Of a DNA stretch of 30,365 nucleotides, positions 24,486-30,365 are shown one piece after another. Each line of letters starts with the position of its first letter. The first letter of the stretch is position 1. The notes under the pieces were generated by a model. It did no database searches. It saw only the letters and a program-made list of their open reading frames with translations, and was not told where the DNA came from. The DNA comes from Acidobacteriota bacterium (GTDB lineage Bacteria; Acidobacteriota; Thermoanaerobaculia; Multivoradales; UBA5704): NCBI GenBank assembly GCA_003223675.1, contig QHVW01000152.1:1-30365 (forward strand). The letters run 5' to 3'. The translations under genes and the position numbers were made by a program.

Positions 24486-24496
24486 GCAAAGGTGAT

Positions 24497-26398
24497 CTAC
24501 GCCCCCGCCGCCATCGTCCGCTCCACCCCGCCCCCCAGCTCCTGGTCCTTGTACTGGAGCAGGTAGAGCCGGTAGTAGATGCCGCGCATCGCCAGCAGCT
24601 CCTGGTGGGTGCCGTACTCCCGGACCTCCCCCTTGTGGAGGACCAGGATGCGGTCCGCCTTCTGGATCGTCGACAGCCGGTGGGCGATGACGATGCTGGT
24701 GCGCCCCGCGAGCAGCCGCTCGAGCGCCCTCTGGATGAGCTGCTCGGTCTCGGTGTCGATCGACGAGGTCGCCTCGTCCAGGATCAGGATGCTGGGGTCG
24801 AAGGCCAGCGCGCGGGCGAAGGCGATGAGCTGCTTCTGCCCCACCGAGAGCCCGGCGCCCCGCTCCTTGACGACCGCGTCGAACCCCCCCTCCAGACGCT
24901 CGATGAACGGCAGCGCGTGCACCTCACCCGCCGCCCAGCGCACCCGCTCGTCGCCGATCCCCTCCTCCCCCAGCCGGATGTTGGCCGCCACCGACCCGGA
25001 GAAGAGGAAGACGTCCTGGAGCACCATGGCGATGCTGCGGCGCAGGCGGGTGAGGTCCCACTGGCGCACGTCCACGCCGTCGACCCGCACCGCGCCGGAC
25101 TCGATGTCGTAGAAGCGCAGCAGGAGGTTGGCGAGGGTGCTCTTGCCGGCGCCGGTGTGGCCCACCACGGCGAGCGTCTCGCCCGGCCGCACCCGGAAGG
25201 AGACCCCCTTGAGCACCGGCTCACCCTCCTTGTAGGAGAACCAGACGTCGTCGAGCTCGAGGTCTCCCGCCACCCGCTCCGGGCTGTAGGCCCCCGCGGG
25301 CGAGGCGATGGTCACCGGCGTGTCCAGCAGCCGGAAGATCCGCTCCGAGCTCGCCATCGCGCTCTGCAGGATATTGTACTTCTCCGACAGGTCCGAGAGC
25401 GGCTGGTAGAACCGCTGGGCGTACTGCAGGAAGGCGATCAGGGCGCCCATCGAGACGGCCCCCGAGATCACCCGCCCGCCGCCGATCCAGATCAGCATGC
25501 CGACGCCGACCGACGAGATCAGCTCGACGCCGGGGTAGAAGATGGCGTAGTAGACGATCGACTGCACGTTGACGTCCCGGTGCTCGGCGTTGATGCGGTC
25601 GAACTCGGCCGCGGCCCGCGCCTCGCCGTTGAAGAGCTGCACCACCGGCATGCCGGTGATGTGCTCCTGGAGGAAGGCGTTGATGCGGGCGATCTTGACC
25701 CGCACCTCGCGGAAGCTGTCGCGCACCCGGACGCGGAACCAGGAGGTCAGCGTGAAGAGCAGCGGCACGATCGAGAAGGCCACCAGGGCCAGCCGCCAGT
25801 CGAGCCAGAAGAGCACCACCACGATGCCCGCCAGGAGCATCACGTCGCCGAAGATCGACACCAGCCCCGCGGTGAACATCTCGTTCAGGGCGTCGACGTC
25901 GGTGGTCACCCGGGTGACCAGGCGGCCGATGGGGTTGCGGTCGTAGAAGGCGAGGGGCAGCCGCTGGAGGTGCCCGAAGATCTGCCCCCGCATGTCCTTC
26001 ATGATGTACTGCCCCATGAGCTGCAGCACGTACCCCTGAGCGTAGAGCGCGCAGAAGGTGAGCGCCAGGATGGCGAAGTAGCCGATCGCGACCGCCGCCA
26101 GGCCGGACACCGCCACGTCCGCCGGGACGAGCCCCCGCGCCAGCAGCAGGTTGCGCACCGCGGCGCTGGGCGCCGACACCTGGCCGGCCGAGCCGGGCGG
26201 GCGGATGAAGAGGTCGAGGGCGACCGCCGTGGCCAGCGGCGCCAGGAGCTGGAGCAGGGAGGAGAGCACGATCAGGCCGAGCGCGCCCAGCGCCATGTCC
26301 CCGTAGGGGCGCACGTAGGCGATCAGCCGGCGCATCAGCCGGGAGTCGTAGGCTTTGCCCAGGACCTCTTCTTCGTGATGGCTGACAGGCTCGCTCAT
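24497..26398 (-). CDS. ABC exporter, fused TMD + NBD (MdlB/MsbA-like), 633 aa
   Basis: Six-TM domain (GRLVTRVTTDVDAL), Walker A GHTGAGKS, signature LSVGQKQ, Walker B ILILDEATS, H-loop IAHRLST. Confidence 0.94.
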   Translation of the reverse strand: MSEPVSHHEEEVLGKAYDSRLMRRLIAYVRPYGDMALGALGLIVLSSLLQLLAPLATAVALDLFIRPPGSAGQVSAPSAAVRNLLLARGLVPADVAVSGLAAVAIGYFAILALTFCALYAQGYVLQLMGQYIMKDMRGQIFGHLQRLPLAFYDRNPIGRLVTRVTTDVDALNEMFTAGLVSIFGDVMLLAGIVVVLFWLDWRLALVAFSIVPLLFTLTSWFRVRVRDSFREVRVKIARINAFLQEHITGMPVVQLFNGEARAAAEFDRINAEHRDVNVQSIVYYAIFYPGVELISSVGVGMLIWIGGGRVISGAVSMGALIAFLQYAQRFYQPLSDLSEKYNILQSAMASSERIFRLLDTPVTIASPAGAYSPERVAGDLELDDVWFSYKEGEPVLKGVSFRVRPGETLAVVGHTGAGKSTLANLLLRFYDIESGAVRVDGVDVRQWDLTRLRRSIAMVLQDVFLFSGSVAANIRLGEEGIGDERVRWAAGEVHALPFIERLEGGFDAVVKERGAGLSVGQKQLIAFARALAFDPSILILDEATSSIDTETEQLIQRALERLLAGRTSIVIAHRLSTIQKADRILVLHKGEVREYGTHQELLAMRGIYYRLYLLQYKDQELGGGVERTMAAGA

Positions 26399-26405
26399 GA
26401 CGCAA

Positions 26406-26523
26406 CTACCTTACCGCAAGTCGGACCAAGGCCGGAGAGCTGCCCGGCTTCAGCCCATTGGGGTGGCTGGTGCGTTCTGCCCTCCGAAGCCTTGACGCTC
26501 CTACCTTACCGCAAAGTCGGGCC
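26406..26523. repeat. Imperfect 22/23-bp direct repeat pair in the ABC-exporter/pilT divergent region
   Basis: CTACCTTACCGCAA-GTCGGACC (26406-26427) and CTACCTTACCGCAAAGTCGGGCC (26501-26523), separated by 73 bp. Confidence 0.8.
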
Positions 26524-26656
26524 GGGCTGACGGCCCCAGAGGGCACGGACCCGGCTTGCTTATGTCTTTTCATCTATGCCCTGTATGGTGTACACTGGTG
26601 CCAGTTTTTGTCTGTCCAACGAATTCGCTGAAAGTCGATCGCCGGAGCCGGGTGTC

Positions 26657-27754
26657 ATGCCGCCGACATTGAACCAGTTGTTGAAGTCGATGGTGGAGCA
26701 GGGGGGCTCGGACCTCCACATCACCACCAACTCTCCTCCTCAAGTGCGGGTGGACGGCCTGTTGCGGGCGCTCAACCTGCCGCCGATGACGCCGGGGGAG
26801 ACGAAGGCGCTCGCCTACTCGATCCTCACCGACAACCAGAAGCACCGGCTGGAGGAGAACCTGGAGATCGACCTCTCCTTCGGGATCAAGGGGCTGGCCC
26901 GCTTCCGGGCCAACATCTTCCACCAGCGCGGCGCCATCGCCGCGGTGTTCCGGCAGATCCCCTATGAGATCAAGACCTTCCGCGAGCTGGGCCTGCCCAC
27001 GATCATCGAGCGGCTGTGCGAGAAGCCGCGCGGCCTGATCCTGGTGACCGGGCCGACCGGCTCCGGCAAGTCGACGACGCTGGCCGCGATGATCGACAAG
27101 ATCAACCGCGAGCGGGCCGAGCACATCGTCACCATCGAGGACCCGGTCGAGTACCTGCACAGCCACAAGAAGTGCATCGTCAACCAGCGCGAGGTCAACG
27201 CCGACACCTACAGCTTCACGGCGGCCCTGCGCTCGGCGCTGCGGCAGGACCCGGACGTGGTGCTGATCGGCGAGATGCGCGACCTGGAGACGGTGGAGGC
27301 GGCGCTGCGCATCGCCGAGACCGGCCACCTGACCTTCGCCACCCTGCACACCAACTCGGCGGCGCAGACGATCAACCGCATCATCGACGTCTTCCCGGCC
27401 CACCAGCAGGCGCAGATCCGCGCCCAGCTCTCACTGGTGCTGGAGGGGATCATCTGCCAGGCCCTGCTCCCCAAGACGGGGGGCAAGGGGCGCGCGATGG
27501 CGATGGAGATCCTGATCCCCAGCGCCGCCATCCGCAACCTGATCCGCGAGGACAAGGTGCACCAGATCTACGGCATGATGCAGGCCGGCCAGGCCAAGCA
27601 CGGGATGCAGACCTTCAACCAGTCGCTGGCCGCCCTGTACTTCAAACGGCTGATCACGCTGGAGACGGCCCTCGCCCGCTCGTCCTATCCGGACGAGCTG
27701 CAGGAGATCATCAACCGCGGCCCCGCCAGCCTCAACCCCGCGCTGACCGCGTAG
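26657..27754 (+). CDS. pilT: Type IV pilus retraction ATPase PilT, 365 aa
   Basis: GSDLHIT, Walker A GPTGSGKST, TIEDPVE, ALRQDPDVVLIGEMRD, ETGHLTFATLH, and the PilT-diagnostic AIRNLIRE. Start placed at ATG 26657. Confidence 0.95.
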   Translation: MPPTLNQLLKSMVEQGGSDLHITTNSPPQVRVDGLLRALNLPPMTPGETKALAYSILTDNQKHRLEENLEIDLSFGIKGLARFRANIFHQRGAIAAVFRQIPYEIKTFRELGLPTIIERLCEKPRGLILVTGPTGSGKSTTLAAMIDKINRERAEHIVTIEDPVEYLHSHKKCIVNQREVNADTYSFTAALRSALRQDPDVVLIGEMRDLETVEAALRIAETGHLTFATLHTNSAAQTINRIIDVFPAHQQAQIRAQLSLVLEGIICQALLPKTGGKGRAMAMEILIPSAAIRNLIREDKVHQIYGMMQAGQAKHGMQTFNQSLAALYFKRLITLETALARSSYPDELQEIINRGPASLNPALTA

Positions 27755-27767
27755 AGGAGCTTTAAGC

Positions 27768-28973
27768 ATGCCCAGCTTCATTTGGAAAGGGAAGACCCGG
27801 TCCGGCCAGATCCAGGAGGGGCAGCTCCTGGCCGACTCCCGCGACGCCGCGGCGGCCGTGCTGCGGCGCCAGCAGATCCAGATCACCAGCCTGCGCGAGA
27901 AGGGGCGCGAGATCAAGCTGATCCCGCGCATCCCGCGCGGCATCGGCTCCAAGCGCATCGCCATCTTCACCCGCCAGTTCTCGGTGATGCTCGACGCCGG
28001 CCTGCCCCTCGTGCAGTGCCTGGAGATCCTCGGCGACCAGGAGGAGAACCGCACCTTCCAGGCGGTCATCCAGCAGGTGCGCTCCGACGTCGAGTCCGGC
28101 TCCTCGCTCGCCGACGCCATGCGCAAGCACCCCAAGGCCTTCGACTCCCTGTTCACCAACATGGTGGCGGCCGGCGAGTCGGGCGGTATCCTCGACATCA
28201 TCCTGCAGCGCCTCTCGACCTACATCGAGAAGGCGGTCAAGCTCAACAGCCAGGTCAAGTCGGCGCTGATCTACCCGGTGTCGATCATCATCATCGCCGC
28301 CCTGGTGGTCTGGGTCATCCTGTGGAAGGTGATCCCGGTGTTCGCCCAGCTCTTCGCCGGCGTCGGCTCCGAGATGCCGTTCCTGACCCGCATGGTGATC
28401 GGCGCCAGCAACTTCGTGGGCAGCTATGCGATCTTCATCATCATCATCATCGCCGCCGGCTGCTTCGCGATCAACCGCTGGCACGGGACGCCGCACGGCC
28501 GGCGCATCCTCGACGGCCTGCTGCTCAAGATCCCGATCATCGGCATGCTGCTGCGCAAGATCGCCGTCGCCCGCTTCTGCCGCACGCTGGGCACCCTCAC
28601 CGCCTCGGGCGTGCCCATCCTCGACGGCCTGGAGATCACCGCCAAGACCGCCGGCAACGCCATCATCGAGGACGCCGTGATGGCCACCCGCAAGAGCGTC
28701 GAGGAGGGCAAGACCATCAGCGAGCCGCTCGCCCAGACCAAGGTCTTCCCCAGCATGGTGGTGCAGATGATCAACGTCGGCGAGCAGACCGGCGCCCTCG
28801 ACCAGATGCTCTCGAAGATCGCCGACTTCTATGAGGAGGAGGTCGACACCGCGGTGGCCGGCCTGATGAAGCTCATCGAGCCGGTCATGATCACCGTCCT
28901 CGGCGTCGTCATCGGAACGATCGTCGCGGCGATGTACCTGCCGCTCTACTCGATTCTGAGCAAGATCGGGTAA
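27768..28973 (+). CDS. pilC: Type IV pilus platform protein PilC (T2SS F family), 401 aa
   Basis: IFTRQFSVMLDAGLPL, VAAGESGG, VKSALIYP, RFCRTLGTLTASGVPI, GEQTGALDQML, AMYLPLYS. It lies directly after pilT. Confidence 0.95.
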   Translation: MPSFIWKGKTRSGQIQEGQLLADSRDAAAAVLRRQQIQITSLREKGREIKLIPRIPRGIGSKRIAIFTRQFSVMLDAGLPLVQCLEILGDQEENRTFQAVIQQVRSDVESGSSLADAMRKHPKAFDSLFTNMVAAGESGGILDIILQRLSTYIEKAVKLNSQVKSALIYPVSIIIIAALVVWVILWKVIPVFAQLFAGVGSEMPFLTRMVIGASNFVGSYAIFIIIIIAAGCFAINRWHGTPHGRRILDGLLLKIPIIGMLLRKIAVARFCRTLGTLTASGVPILDGLEITAKTAGNAIIEDAVMATRKSVEEGKTISEPLAQTKVFPSMVVQMINVGEQTGALDQMLSKIADFYEEEVDTAVAGLMKLIEPVMITVLGVVIGTIVAAMYLPLYSILSKIG

Positions 28974-29012
28974 GGCTGGCGCGGGCGCAGATGAACGGCT
29001 CGTGTCTTCTAC

Positions 29013-29041
29013 GTAGGGGCGGCCCGCTGGGGGCCGCCCCT
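29013..29041 (+). repeat. GTAG-type REP hairpin between pilC and pilS
   Basis: GTAG foot (29013-29016) runs into AGGGGCGGCCC-GCTGG-GGGCCGCCCCT, a perfect 11-bp stem. Confidence 0.65.
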
Positions 29042-29055
29042 GCACCGGTGTCTCC

Positions 29056-30365
29056 ATGACCTCCCTGGCCCGTCAGCTCCGCTGGTACATCGCCATCCGC
29101 GTGGTGGCGATCGTCAGCGTGCTGGTCCCGTTCGGCCTCTTCCAGCTCTGGCTGTTGCCGGGCACGCCGCAGGGCAGCGAGACGGCGCTGAGCAGCGCCT
29201 CCAGCGCGCGCACCCACACCCAGACCCCGGCGCCACCGCCCGAGATGGAGGTGATGCCGCGCGTCTGGCTGCTGGGGATCGCCTCCTTCGTGGCCACCCT
29301 GTTCTACATCGCCCTGCTGCGGCTGCTGCGGCGCTCCCCCGAGGCCCAGGCCTACATCCAGTTCGTCGGCGACCTCGTCCTGATCACCTTCCTGGTCTAC
29401 TACCTGGGCGGCGCCACCAGCCCGTTCTCGCTGCTCTACCTGATCGTCATCGCCGTCGCCTCGACCCTGCTGCGCCGCCGCGCCGGCGTGATCGTGGCCA
29501 GCATCGCCTTCCTGCTCTACGGCGGCATGAACGTCGCCCTCTTCTACCGCTGGCTGCAGCCGGCGATCCCCGTGCAGGAGGCGGTCTCCCTGGGGCGGCT
29601 CTTCTACAACCTCGCCGTCCACGGCTTCGGCTTCTACGGCGTGGCCCTGCTCACCTACTACCTGGCCCACAACGTCACCCGCGCCGAGCGCGAGCTGGAG
29701 GAGAAGGCCGAGCACCTGGCCGATCTCCAGGTGGTGCACCGCGACGTCATCCAGTCGATCACCAGCGGCCTGATCACCACCGACCTCGAGGGGACGGTCA
29801 CCAGCGCCAACCTGGCGGGCCTGGAGATCCTGGGCCGCGCCGAGGCCGACCTCGTGGGGCAGCCCATCCACCAGTCCGGCCTGTTCACCACCGAGCACTG
29901 GCGGGAGGCGACCGCCGCCAGCGAGCTGACCGGGCGCATGCGCTCCGAGGTCGAGACCACCCGCGGCGACGGCGCCACCCGCTACGTCGGCTTCACCATC
30001 TCGCGGCTGACCGACGCCTTCGGCAACCACCGGGGGTACATCCTCATCTTCCAGGACCTCACCCGCTGGCGGCGCATCCAGGAGGAGCTGCGGATGAAGG
30101 ACCGCATGGTGGCCGTGGGCGAGCTGGCGGCCGGCCTGGCCCACGAGATCGGCAACCCCCTGGCGGCCATCTCGGGCTCGGTCCAGATGCTCTCCTCCCG
30201 CGTGGACGGCGATCCGGCGCAGCGCAAGCTGATCGAGATCCTGCTCAAGGAGAGCCACCGGCTCGACCGCACCATCAAGGGGTTCCTGCGCTTCGCCCGG
30301 CCGCGCGAACGGTCGAGCGTCTCGTTCGACATCGGGCGGCTGCTCACCGAGAACTTCGAGCTGCT
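29056..30365 (+). CDS. pilS: PilS-like sensor histidine kinase (multi-TM + PAS + HisKA), cut by the window end; not in the ORF track
   Basis: Own translation from ATG 29056: MTSLARQLRWYIAIRVVAIV..., SPFSLLYLIVI, PAS (IQSITSGLITTD...SANLAG...GYILIFQDLT), H-box LAAGLAHEIGNPLAAISGS (His codon 30142-30144). Synteny after pilT-pilC. Confidence 0.88.
   Translation, partial: MTSLARQLRWYIAIRVVAIVSVLVPFGLFQLWLLPGTPQGSETALSSASSARTHTQTPAPPPEMEVMPRVWLLGIASFVATLFYIALLRLLRRSPEAQAYIQFVGDLVLITFLVYYLGGATSPFSLLYLIVIAVASTLLRRRAGVIVASIAFLLYGGMNVALFYRWLQPAIPVQEAVSLGRLFYNLAVHGFGFYGVALLTYYLAHNVTRAERELEEKAEHLADLQVVHRDVIQSITSGLITTDLEGTVTSANLAGLEILGRAEADLVGQPIHQSGLFTTEHWREATAASELTGRMRSEVETTRGDGATRYVGFTISRLTDAFGNHRGYILIFQDLTRWRRIQEELRMKDRMVAVGELAAGLAHEIGNPLAAISGSVQMLSSRVDGDPAQRKLIEILLKESHRLDRTIKGFLRFARPRERSSVSFDIGRLLTENFEL

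Noticed and set aside
26406-26523. Direct repeat pair as a mini CRISPR array
   Set aside because: There are only two non-identical copies, the 73-bp spacer is too long, the repeat has no palindrome and no cas genes are present.
26509-26523. Sigma54-like CGGCCC-GACT-TTGCG on the minus strand upstream of the ABC gene
   Set aside because: The spacing between GG and GC is one base short, which sigma54 does not tolerate.
59-30347. Numerous long overlapping ORFs in the track (e.g. 3827..6427 +, 24461..26530 +, 28909..30258 -, 27762..29057 -)
   Set aside because: They are antisense or off-frame shadows of well-supported genes. They are Arg/Gly/Pro/Ala-rich, have no recognisable motifs and are expected at this GC content.
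1-30365. tRNA, rRNA, integrase or IS transposase
   Set aside because: No such sequences or motifs were recognised by eye. A tRNAscan/HMM run would be needed for formal exclusion.

Overview
High-GC window, probably from an Acidobacteriota (Thermoanaerobaculia-like) or deltaproteobacterial genome; this taxonomy is an impression from gene content and cannot be verified here. Most of it (67-23052, minus strand) is one tightly coupled surface-polysaccharide locus of the kind linked to PEP-CTERM/exosortase-A systems. In transcription order it encodes: short Wza/OPX, predicted outer-membrane beta-barrel, Wzc-type co-polymerase (broken by an out-of-frame deletion), separate tyrosine autokinase, priming sugar transferase, GT4, O-antigen ligase/polymerase-like protein, AsnB, two GT4s, polysaccharide deacetylase, FemAB-like protein, two GT2s (one frameshifted), a second AsnB, a UPF0104 flippase-like protein, GT4 and a degenerate FkbH-like protein. 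No exosortase, EpsI, PrsK/PrsR, Wzx or acyl carrier protein is visible inside the locus. A divergent Trm112-like/SAM methyltransferase, a convergent ABC exporter and pilT-pilC-pilS (no pilB) follow. The non-coding DNA has three correctly spaced sigma54 -24/-12 motifs, a ~290-nt leader with a terminator-like hairpin, and several distinct REP-like or tandem repeat elements. All family calls come from motif recognition by eye; no database search was run.
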